This document shows positions 20,256-31,520 of a stretch of DNA of 34,439 bases, one piece after another (within the stretch, counting starts at the first letter, position 1; each line of letters opens with the position of its first letter). The stretch comes from Euglena gracilis (Eukaryota): assembly GCA_039621445.1 (NCBI GenBank), contig CP154954.1, positions 27,640,123 through 27,674,561 on the forward strand. The letters run 5' to 3'. The notes under the pieces are model-generated. The model was not told where the DNA came from. It ran no database searches and saw only the letters and a program-made list of their open reading frames with translations. A program made the position numbers and the translations under genes.

Positions 20256-23200
20256 GGCCTTGGCCAGGGACACTTTGGTCAAAGTGGCCTTGGCCAGGGA
20301 CACTTTGGTCAAAGTGGCCTTGGCCAGGGACACTTTGGTCAAAGTGGCCTTGGCCAGGGACACTTTGGTCAAAGTGGCCTTGGCCAGGGACACTTTGGTC
20401 AAAGTGGCCTTGGCCAGGGACACTTTGGTCAAAGTGGCCTTGGCCAGGGACACTTTGGTCAAAGTGGCCTTGGCCAGGGACACTTTGGTCAAAGTGGCCT
20501 TGGCCAGGGACACTTTGGTCAAAGTGGCCTTGGCCAGGGACACTTTGGTCAAAGTGGCCTTGGCCAGGGACACTTTGGTCAAAGTGGCCTTGGCCAGGGA
20601 CACTTTGGTCAAAGTGGCCTTGGCCAGGGACACTTTGGTCAAAGTGGCCTTGGCCAGGGAAACTTTGGTCAAAGTGGCCTTGGCCAGGGACACTTTGCTC
20701 AAAGTGGCCTTGGCCAGGGACACTTTGGTCAAAGTGGCCTTGGCCAGGGACACTTTGGTCAAAGTGGCCTTGGCCAGGGACAGTTTGGTCAAAGTGGCCT
20801 TGGCCAGGGACACTTTGGTCAAAGTGGCCTTGGCCAGGGACACTTTGGTCAAAGTGGCCTTGGCCAGGGACACTTTGGTCAAAGTGGCCTTGGCCAGGGA
20901 CACTTTGGTCAAAGTGGCCTTGGCCAGGGACACTTTGGTCAAAGTGGCCTTGGCCAGGGACACTTTGGTCAAAGTGGCCTTGGCCAGGGACACTTTGGTC
21001 AAAGTGGCCTTGGCCAGGGACACTTTGGTCAAAGTGGCCTTGGCCAGGGACACTTTGGTCAAAGTGGCCTTGGCCAGGGACACTTTGGTCAAAGTGGCCT
21101 TGGCCAGGGACACTTTGGTCAAAGTGGCCTTGGCCAGGGACACTTTGGTCAAAGTGGCCTTGGCCAGGGACACTTTGGTCAAAGTGGCCTTGGCCAGGGA
21201 CACTTTGGTCAAAGTGGCCTTGGCCAGGGACACTTTGGTCAAAGTGGCCTTGGCCAGGGACACTTTGGTCAAAGTGGCCTTGGCCAGGGCCACTTTGGTT
21301 AAAGTGGCCTTGGCCAGGGACACTTTGGTCAAAGTGGCCTTGGCCAGGGACACTTTGGTCAAAGTGGCCTTGGCCAGGGACACTTTGGTCAAAGTGGCCT
21401 TGGCCAGGGACACTTTGGTCAAAGTGGCCTTGGCCAGGGACATTTTGGTCAAAGTGGCCTTGGCCAGGGACACTTTGGTCAAAGTGGCCTTGGCCAGGGA
21501 CACTTTGGTCAAAGTGGCCTTGGCCAGGGACACTTTGGTCAAAGTGGCCTTGGCCAGGGACACTTTGGTCAAAGTGGCCTTGGCCAGGGACACTTTGGTC
21601 AAAGTGGCCTTGGCCAGGGACACTTTGGTCAAAGTGGCCTTGGCCAGGGACACTTTGGTCAAAGTGGCCTTGGCCAGGGACACTTTGGTCAAAGTGGCCT
21701 TGGCCAGGGACACTTTGGTCAAAGTGGCCTTGGCCAGGGACACTTTGGTCAAAGTGGCCTTGGCCAGGGACACTTTGGTCAAAGTGGCCTTGGCCAGGGA
21801 CACTTTGGTCAAAGTGGCCTTGGCCAGGGACACTTTGGTCAAAGTGGCCTTGGCCAGGGATACTTTGGTCAAAATGGCCTTCGCCAGAGACAATTTGGTC
21901 AAAGTGGCGCCTTCGACAGGGACACTTTCGTCAAAGTGGCCTTGGCCAGGGACACTTTGGTCAAAGTGGCCTTGGCCAGGGACACTTGGGTCAAAGTGGC
22001 CTTGGCCAGGGACACTTTGGTCAAAGTGGCCTTGGCCAGGGACACTTTGGTCAAAGTGGCCTTGGCCAGGGACACTTTGGTCAAAGTGGCCTTGGCCAGG
22101 GACACTTTGGTCAAAGTGGCCTTGGCCAGGGACACTTTGGTCAAAGTGGCCTTGGCCAGGGACACTTTGGTCAAAGTGGCCTTGGCCAGGGACACTTTGG
22201 TCAAAGTGGCCTTGGCCAGGGACACTTTGGTCAAAGTGGCCTTGGCCAGGGACAGTCAAAGTGGCGCCTTCGACAGGGACACTTTCGTCAAAGTGGCCTT
22301 GGCCAGGGACACTTTGGTCAAAGTGGCCTTGGCCAGGGACACTTGGGTCAAAGTGGCCTTGGCCAGGGACACTTTGGTCAAAGTGGCCTTGGCCAGGGAC
22401 ACTTTGGTCAAAGTGGCCTTGGCCAGGGACACTTTGGTCAAAGTGGCCTTGGCCAGGGACACTTTGGTCAAAGTGGCCTTGGCAGGGACACTTTGGTCAA
22501 AGTGGCCTTGGCAGGGACACTTTGGTCAAAGTGGCCTTGGCCAGGGACACTTTGGTCAAAGTGGCCTTGGCCAGGGACACTTTGGTCAAAGTGGCCTTGG
22601 CCAGGGACACTTTGGTCAAAGTGGCCTTGGCCAGGGACACTTTGGTCAAAGTGGCCTTGGCCAGGGACACTTTGGTCAAAGTGGCCTTGGAAAGGGACAC
22701 TTTGGTCAAAGTGGCCTTGGCCAGGGACACTTTGGTCAAAGTGGCCTTGGCCAGGGACACTTTGGTCAAAGTGGCCTTGGCCAGGGACACTTTGGTCAAA
22801 GTGGCCTTGGCCAGGGACACTTTGGTCAAAGTGGCCTTGGCCAGGGACACTTTGGTCAAAGTGGCCTTGGCCAGGGACACTTTGGTCAAAGTGGCCTTGG
22901 CCAGGGACACTTTGGTCAAAGTGGCCTTGGCCAGGGACACTTTGGTCAAAGTGGCCTTGGCCAGGGACACTTTGGTCAAAGTGGCCTTGGCCAGGGACAC
23001 TTTGGTCAAAGTGGCCTTGGCCAGGGACACTTTGGTCAAAGTGGCCTTGGCCAGGGACACTTTGGTCAAAGTGGCCTTGGCCAGGGACACTTTGGTTAAG
23101 GTGGCCTTGTCCAGGGACACTTTGGTCAAAGTGGCCTTGGCCAGGGACACTTTGGTCAAAGTGGCCTTGGCCAGGGACACTTTGGTCAAAGTGGCCTTGG

Positions 23201-26200
23201 CCAGGGACACTTTGGTCAAAGTGGCCTTGGCCAGGGACACTTTGGTCAAAGTGGCCTTGGCCAGGGACACTTTGGTCAAAGTGGCCTTGGCCAGGGACAC
23301 TTTGGTCAAAGTGGCCTTGGCCAGGGACACTTTGGTCAAAGTGGCCTTGGCCAGGGACACTTTGGTCAAAGTGGCCTTGTCCAGGGACACTTTGGTCAAA
23401 TCTGCCTTGGCCAGGGACACTTTGGTCAAAGTGGCCTTGGCCAGGGACACTTTGGTCAAAGTGGCCTTGGCCAGGGACACTTTGGTCAAAGTGGCCTTGG
23501 CCAGGGACACTTTGGTCAAAGTGGCCTTGGCCAGGGACACTTTGGTCAAAGTGGCCTTGGCCAGGGACACTTTGGTCAAAGTGGCCTTGGCCAGGGACAC
23601 TTTGGTCAAAGTGGCCTTGGCCAGGGACACTTTGGTCAAAGTGGCCTTGGCCAGGGACACTTTGTCAAAGTGGCCTTGGCCAGGGACACTTTGGTCAAAG
23701 TGGCCTTGGCCAGGGACACTTTGGTCAAAGTGGCCTTGGCCAGGGACACTTTGGTCAAAGTGGCCTTGGCCAGGGACACTTTGGTCAAAGTGGCCTTGGC
23801 CAGGGACACTTTGGTCAAAGTGGCCTTGGCCAGGGACACTTTGGTCAAAGTGGCCTTGGCCAGGGACACTTTGGTCAAAGTGGCCTTGGCCAGGGACACT
23901 TTGGTCAAAGTGGCCTTGGCCAGGGACACTTTGGTCAAAGTGGCCTTGGCCAGGGACACTTTGGTCAAAGTGGCCTTGGCCAGGGACACTTTGGTCAAAG
24001 TGGCCTTGGCCAGGGACACTTTGGTCAAAATGGCCTTGGCCAGGGATCCTTTGGTCAAAGTGTCCTTGGCCAGGTACACTTTGGTCAAAGTGGCCTTGGC
24101 CAGGGACACTTTGGTTAAAATGGCCTTGGCCACGGACACTTTGTCAACGTGGCCTTGGCCAGGGACACTTTGGTCAAAGTGGCCTTGGCCAGGGACACTT
24201 TGGTCAAAGTGGCCTTGGCCAGGGACACTTTGGTCAAAGTGGCCTTGGCCAGGGACAATTTGGTCAAAGTGGCCTTGGCCAGGGACACTTTGGTCAAAGT
24301 GGCCTTGGCCAGGGACACTTTGGTCAAAGTGGCCTTGGCCAGGGACACTTTGGTCAAAGTGGCCTTGGCCAGGGACACTTTGGTCAAAGTGGCCTTGGCC
24401 AGGGACACTTTGGTCAAAGTGGCCTTGGCCAGGGACACTTTGGTCAAAGTGGCCTTGGCCAGGGACACTTTGGTCAAAGTGGCCTTGGCCAGGGACACTT
24501 TGGTCAAAGTGGCCTTGGCCAGGGACACTTTGGTCAAAGTGGCCTTGGCCAGGGACACTTTGGTCAAAGTGGCCTTGGCCAGGGACACTTTGGTCAAAGT
24601 GGCCTTGGCCAGGGACACTTTGGTCAAAGTGGCCTTGGCCAGGGACACTTTGGTCAAAGTGGCCTTGGCCAGGGACACTTTGGTCAAAGTGGCCTTGGCC
24701 AGGGACACTTTGGTCAAAGTGGCCTTGGCCAGGGACACTTTGGTCAAAGTGGCCTTGTCCAGGGACACTTTGGTCAAAGTGGCCTTGGCCAGGGACACTT
24801 TGGTCAAAGTGGCCTTGGCCAGGGACACTTTGGTCAAAGTGGCCTTGGCCAGGGACACTTTGGTCAAAGTGGCCTTGGCCAGGGACACTTTGGTCAAAGT
24901 GACCTTGGCCAGGGACACTTTGGTCAAAGTGGCCTTGGCCAGGGACACTTTGGTCAAAGTGGCCTTGGCCAGGGACACTTTGGTCAAAGTGGCCTTGGCC
25001 AGGGACACTTTGGTCAAAGTGGCCTTGGCCAGGGACACTTTGGTCAAAGTGGCCTTGGCCAGGGACACTTTGGTCAAAGTGGCCTTGGCCAGGGACACTT
25101 TGGTCAAAGTGGCCTTGGCCAGGGACACTTTGGTCAAAGTGGCCTTGGCCAGGGACACTTTGGTCAAAGTGGCCTTGGCCAGGGACACTTTGGTCAAAGT
25201 GGCCTTGGCCAGGGACACTTTGGTCAAAGTGGCCTTGGCCAGGGACACTTTGGTCAAAGTGGCCTTGGCCAGGGACACTTTGGTCAAAGTGGCCTTGGCC
25301 AGGGACACTTTGGTCAAAGTGGCCTTGGCCAGGGACACTTTGGTCAAAGTGGCCTTGGCCAGGGACACTTTGGTCAAAGTGGCCTTGGCCAGGGACACTT
25401 TGGTCAAAGTGGCCTTGGCCAGGGACACTTTGGTCAAAGTGGCCTTGGCCAGGGACACTTTGGTCAAAGTGGCCTTGGCCAGGGACACTTTGGTCAAAGT
25501 GGCCTTGGCCAGGGACACTTTGGTCAAAGTGGCCTTGGCCAGGGACACTTTGGTCAAAGTGGCCTTGGCCAGGGACACTTTGGTCAAAGTGGACTTGGCC
25601 AGGGACACTTTGGTCAAAGTGGCCTTGGCCAGGGACACTTTGGTCAAAGTGGCCTTGGCCAGGGACACTTTGGTCAAAGTGGCCTTGGCCAGGGACACTT
25701 TGGTCAAAGTGGCCTTGGCCAGGGACACTTTGGTCAAAGTGGCCTTGGCCAGGGACACTTTGGTCAAAGTGGCCTTGGCCAGGGACACTTTGGTCAAAGT
25801 GGCCTTGGCCAGGGACACTTTGGTCAAAGTGGCCTTGGCCAGGGACACTTTGGTCAAAGTGGCCTTGGCCAGGGACACTTTGGTCAAAGTGGCCTTGGCC
25901 AGGGACACTTTGGTCAAAGTGGCCTTGGCCAGGGACACTTTGGTCAAAGTGGCCTTGGCCAGGGACACTTTGGTCAAAGTGGCCTTGGCCAGGGACACTT
26001 TGGTCAAAGTGGCCTTGGCCAGGGACACTTTGGTCAAAGTGGCCTTGGCCAGGGATACTTTGGTCAAAGTGGCCTTGGCCAGGGACACTTTGGTCAAAGT
26101 GGCCTTGGCCAGGGACACTTTGGTCAAAGTGGCCTTGGCCAGGGACACTTTGGTCAAAGTGGCGTTGGCAAGGGACACTTTGGTCAAAGTGGCCTTGGCC

Positions 26201-29200
26201 AGGGACACTTTGGTCAAAGTGGCCTTGGCCAGGGACACTTTGGTCAAAGTGGCCTTGGCCAGGGACACTTTGGTCAAAGTGGCTTGGCCAGGGACACTTT
26301 GGTCAAAGTGGCCTTGGCCAGCGACACTTTGGTCAAAGTGGCCTTGGCCAGGGACACTTTGGTCAAAGTGGCCTTGGCCAGGGACACTTTGGTCAAAGTG
26401 GCCTTGGCCAGGGACACTTTGGTCAAAGTGGCCTTGGCCAGGGACACTTTGGTCAAAGTGGCCTTGGCCAGGGACACTTTGGTCAAAGTGGCCTTGGCCA
26501 GGGACACTTTGGTCAAAGTGGCCTTGGCCAGGGACACTTTGGTCAAAGTGGCCTTGGCCAGGGACACTTTGGTCAAAGTGGCCTTGGCCAGGGACACTTT
26601 GGTCAAAGTGGCCTTGGCCAGGGACACTTTGGTCAAAGTGGCCTTGGCCAGGGACACTTTGGTCAAAGTGGCCTTGGCCAGGGACACTTTGGTCAAAGTG
26701 GCCTTGGCCAGGGACACTTTGGTCAAAGTGGCCTTGGCCAGGGACACTTTGGTCAAAGTGGCCTTGGCCAGGGACACTTTGGTCAAAGTGGCCTTGGCCA
26801 GGGACACTTTGGTCAAAGTGGCCTTGGCCAGGGACACTTTGGTCAAAGTGGCCTTGGCCAGGGACACTTTGGTCAAAGTGGCCTTGGCCAGGGACACTTT
26901 GGTCAAAGTGGCCTTGGCCAGGGACACTTTGGTCAAAGTGGCCTTGGCCAGGGACACTTTGGTCAAAGTGGCCTTGGCCAGGGACACTTTGGTCAAAGTG
27001 GCCTTGGCCAGGGACACTTTGGTCAAAGTGGCCTTGGCCAGGGACACTTTGGTCAAAGTGGCCTTGGCCAGGGACACTTTGGTCAAAGTGGCCTTGGCCA
27101 GGGACACTTTGGTCAAAGTGGCCTTGGCCAGGGACACTTTGGTCAAAGTGGCCTTCGCCAGGGACACTTTGGTCAAAGTGGCCTTGGCCAGGGACACTTT
27201 GGTCAAAGTGGCCTTGGCCAGGGACACTTTGGTCAAAGTGGCCTTGGCCAGGGACACTTTGGTCAACAAAGCGGCCTTCGCCAGTGACACTTTGGTCAAA
27301 GTGGCCTTGGCCAGGGACACTTTGGTCAAAGTGGCCTTGGCCAGGGACACTTTGGTCAAAGTGGCCTTGGCCAGGGACACTTTGGTCAAAGTGGCCTTGG
27401 CCAGGGACACTTTGGACAAAGTGGCCTTGGGCAGGGACACTTTGGTCAAAGTGGCCTTGGCCAGGGACACTTTGGTCAAAGTGGCCTTGGCCAGGGACAC
27501 TTTGGTCAAAGTGGCCTTGGCCAGGGACACTTTGGTCAAAGTGGCCTTGGCCAGGGACACTTTGGTCAAAGTGGCCTTGGCCAGGGACACTTTGGTCAAA
27601 GTGGCCTTGGCCAGGGACACTTTGGTCAAAGTGGCCTTGGCCAAGGGACACTTTGGTCAAAGTGGCCTTGGCCAGGGACACTTTGGTCAAAGTGGCCTTG
27701 GCCAGGGACACTTTGGTCAAAGTGGCCTTGGCCAGGGACACTTTGGTCAAAGTGGCCTTGGCCAGGGACACTTTGGTCAAAGTGGCCTTGGCCAGGGACA
27801 CTTTGGTCAAAGTGGCCTTGGCCAGGGACACTTTGGTCAAAGTGGCCTTGGCCAGGGACACGTTGGTCAAAGTGGCCTTGGCCAGGGACACTTTGGTCAA
27901 AGTGGCCTTGGCCAGGGACACTTTGGTCAAAGTGGCCTTGGCCAGGGACACTTTGGTCAAAGTGGCCTTGGCCAGGGACACTTTGGTCAAAGTGGCCTTG
28001 GCCAGGGACACTTTGGCCAAAGTGGCCTTGGCCAGGGACACTTTGGTCAAAGTGGCCTTGGCCAGGGACACTTTGGTCAAAGTGGCCTTGGCCAGGGACA
28101 CTTTGGTCAAAGTGGCCTTGGCCAGGGACACTTTGGTCAAAGTGGCCTTGGCCAGGGACACTTTGGTCAAAGTGGCCTTGGCCAGGGACACTTTGGTCAA
28201 AGTGGCCTTGGCCAGGGACACTTTGGTCAAAGTGGCCTTGGCCAGGGACACTTTGGTCAAAGTGGCCTTGGCCAGGGACACTTTGGTCAAAGTGGCCTTG
28301 GCCAGGGACACTTTGGTCAAAGTGGCCTTGGCCAGGGACACTTTGGTCAAAGTGGCCTTGGCCAGGGACACTTTGGTGAAAGTGGCCTTGGCCAGGGAGA
28401 CTTTGGTCAAGGGGGCCTTGCCGGGGACACTTTGGTCAAAGTGGCCTTGGCCAGGGACACTTTGGTCAAAGTGGCCTTGGCCAGGACACTTGGCCAGGGA
28501 CACTTTTGTCAAAGTGGCCTTGGCCAGGGACACTTTGGTCAAAGTGGCCTTGGCCAGGGACACTTTGGTCAAAGTGGCCTTGGCCAGGGACACTTTGGTC
28601 AAAGTGGCCTTGGCCAGGGACACTTTGGTCAAAGTGGCCTTGGCCAGGGACACTTTGGTCAAAGTGGCCTTGGCCAGGGACACTTTGGTCAAAGTGGCCT
28701 TGGCCAGGGACACTTTGGTCAAAGTGGCCTTGGCCAGGGACACTTTGGTCAAAGTGGCCTTGGCCAGGGACACTTTGGTCAAAGTGGCCTTGGCCAGGGA
28801 CACTTTGGTCAAAGTGGCCTTGGCCAGGGACACTTTGGTCAAAGTGGCCTTGGCCAGGGACACTTTGGTCAAAGTGGCCTTGGCCAGGGACACTTTGGTC
28901 AAAGTGGCCTTGGCCAGGGACACTTTGGTCAAAGTGGCCTTGGCCAGGGACACTTTGGTCAAAGTGGCCTTGGCCAGGGACACTTTGGTCAAAGTGGCCT
29001 TGGCCAGGGACACTTTGGTCAAAGTGGCCTTGGCCAGGGACACTTTGGTCAAAGTGGCCTTGGCCAGGGACACTTTGGTCAAAGTGGCCTTGGCCAGGGA
29101 CACTTTGGTCAAAGTGGCCTTGGCCAGGGACACTTTGGTCAAAGTGGCCTTGGCCAGGGACACTTTGGTCAAAGTGGCCTTGGCCAGGGACACTTTGGTC

Positions 29201-29499
29201 AAAGTGGCCTTGGCCAGGGACACTTTGGTCAAAGTGGCCTTGGCCAGGGACACCTTTGTCAAAGTGGCCTTGGCCAGGGACACTTTGGTCAAAGTGGCCT
29301 TGGCCAGGGACACTTTGGTCAAAGTGGCCTTGGCCAGGGACACTTTGGTCAAAGTGGCCTTGGCCAGGGACACTTTGGTCAAAGTGGCCTTGGCCAGGGA
29401 CACTTTGGTCAAAGTGGCCTTGGCCAGGGACACTTTGGTCAAAGTGGCCTTGGCCAGGGACACTTTGGTCAAAGTGGCCTTGGCCAGGGACACTTTGGT

Positions 29500-31520
29500 C
29501 AAAGGACCTTGGCCAGGGCCACTTTGGTCAAAGTGGCCTTGGCCAAGGGACACTTTGGGCAAGGTGTCCTTGGCCAGGGACACTTTTGGTCAAAGTGGCC
29601 TTGGCCAGGGACACTTTGGTCCAAAGTGTCCTTGGCCAGGCCACTTTGGTCAAAGTGGCCTTGGCCAGGGACACTTTGGTCACAGCGGACCTGGCCAGTG
29701 TCAGTTTGGTCAAAGTGGCCTCGGGCAGGGACAACTTGGTCACAGTGGCCTTGGCCAGGGACACTTTGGTCCAAAGTGTCCTTGGCCAGGGACACTTTGG
29801 TCAAAGTGGCCCTGGCCAGGGACCACTTTGGTCAAAGTGGCCCTTGGCCAAGGCCACTTTGGTCAAAGTGGCCTGGCCAGGGACACTTTGGTCAAAGTGG
29901 CCCTGGCCAGAGACACTTTGGTCCAAAGTGGCCCTTTGCCAGGGACACTTTGGTCAAAGTGGCCCTGGCCAGGGACACTTTGGTCAAAGTGGCCTTGGCC
30001 AGGGACACTTTGGTCAAAGTGGCCTTGGCCATGGACAGTTTGGCCTAAGTGGATAGGCCAGGGACACTTTGGTCAAAGTGGCCTTGGCCGGGGACACTTC
30101 GGTCAAAGTGGCCCTGGCCAGGGACACTTTGGTCAAAGTGGGCTTGGCCAGGGACACTTTGGTCAAAGTGGCCCTGGCCAGGGAGAATTTGGTCAAAGTG
30201 GGCCTGGCCAGGGACACTTTGGCCAACGTTGCCTTGACCAGGGACACTTTGGTCAAAGTGGCCTTGGCCAGGGACACTTTGGTCAAAGTGGCCTTGGCCA
30301 GGGACACTTTGGTCAAAGTGGCCTTGGCCAGGGACACTTTGGTCAAAGTGGCCTTGGCCAGGGACACTTTGGTCAAAAGTGGCCTTGGCCAGGGACACTT
30401 TGGTCAAAGTGGCCTTGGCCAGGGACCACTTTGCAAAGTGTCCTGGCCAAGGCCACTTTGGTCAAAGTGTCCCTTGGCCAGGCACTTTGGTCAAAGTGGC
30501 CTGGCCAGGGACACTTTGGTCCAAAGGGGCCCTTGGTCAGGGACACTTTGGGCAAAGTGGCCTTGGCCAGGGACACTTTTGTCAAAGTGGCCTTCGCCAG
30601 GGACACTTTGGTCAAATGGCCTTGGCCAGGGACACTTTGGTCAAAGTGTCCTTGTCCAGGAGCACTTTGGTCAAATCTGCCTTGGCCAGGGACACTTTGG
30701 TCAAAGCGTCCTTGGCCAGCGACCCTTTGGTCAAAGTGGCCTTGGCCAGGGACACTTTGGTCAAAGTGGCCTTGGCCAGGGACACTTTGGTCAAAGTGGC
30801 CTTGGCCAGGGACACTTTGGTCAAAGTGGCCTTGGCCAGGAACACTTTGGTCAAAGTGGCCTTGGCCAGGCCACTTTGACCAAAATGGCCTTGGCCAGGA
30901 CTTTTTTGCAAAGTGGCCTTGGCCAGGGACACTTTGACCAAAGTGGCCCTGGCCAAGCCACTTTGACCCAAGTGGCCCTGGCCAAGGCCACTTTGGTCAA
31001 AGTGTCCCTGGCCAAGGCCACTTTGACCAAAGTGTCCCTGGCCAAGGCCACTTTGACCAAAGTGTCCCTGGCCAAGGCCACTTTGACCAAAGTGGCCCTG
31101 GCCAGGCCACTTTGACCAAAGTGTCCCTGGCCAAGGCCACTTTGACCAAAGTGTCCCTGGCCAAGGCCACTTTGACCAAAGTGTCCCTGGCCAAGGCCAC
31201 TTTGACCAAAGTGTCCCTGACCAAGGCCACTTGGCCCAAAGTTTCCTTGGCCAAGGCCACTTGGACCAAAGTGTCCTGGGCAAGGGACACTTTGACCAAA
31301 GTGTCCTTGGCCAAGGACACTTTGATCAAAGTGTCCCTGGCCAAGGCACTTTGACCAAAGTGTCCCTGGCCAAGGCCACTTTGACCAAGTGTCCCTGGCC
31401 AAGGCCACTTTGACCAAGTGTCCCTGGCCAGGCCACTTTGACCAAAGTGTCCCTGCCCAAAGCCCCTTTGACCTACGTGTCCCTGCCCAACGCTACTTTG
31501 ACCAACGTGTCCCGGCCAAG
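29500..31520. other. Degenerate orientation-switch zone with forward/reverse hybrid monomers and many 1-bp indels
   Basis: Monomers mix diagnostic bases of both orientations, e.g. ~30872 CACTTTGACCAAAATGGCCTTGGCC, ~30930 CACTTTGACCAAAGTGGCCCTGG, ~30989 CACTTTGGTCAAAGTGTCCCTGG, ~31288 CACTTTGACCAAAGTGTCCTTGGCCAAGGACAC. Confidence 0.9.

Larger units (their letters stand above)
1..30950 (+). repeat. Tandem satellite array, 30-bp monomer CACTTTGGTCAAAGTGGCCTTGGCCAGGGA, forward orientation, ~1,030 copies, truncated at left edge
   Basis: Direct reading: 30-bp periodicity (two monomers per 60-nt line) throughout, with point variants and small indels that shift phase; no intervening unique sequence. 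Right boundary approximate because of hybrid monomers. Confidence 0.98.

Noticed and set aside
20125..30048. (GHFGQSGLGQ)n as a glycine-rich structural protein, or (GTLWSKWPWP)n as a Trp/Pro-rich peptide
   Set aside because: Compositional resemblance only; frames interconvert by frameshift, and there is no signal peptide, unique terminus or splice context.
1..30950. One-step concatemer, such as rolling-circle or in vitro amplification product or DRT2/Neo-like reverse-transcribed repeat ORF
   Set aside because: Ordered multi-monomer variant cassettes and kb-scale duplications with private mutations imply accumulated genomic history. No reverse transcriptase or template locus is in the window. 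A rolling-circle origin of the ancestral array is not excluded.
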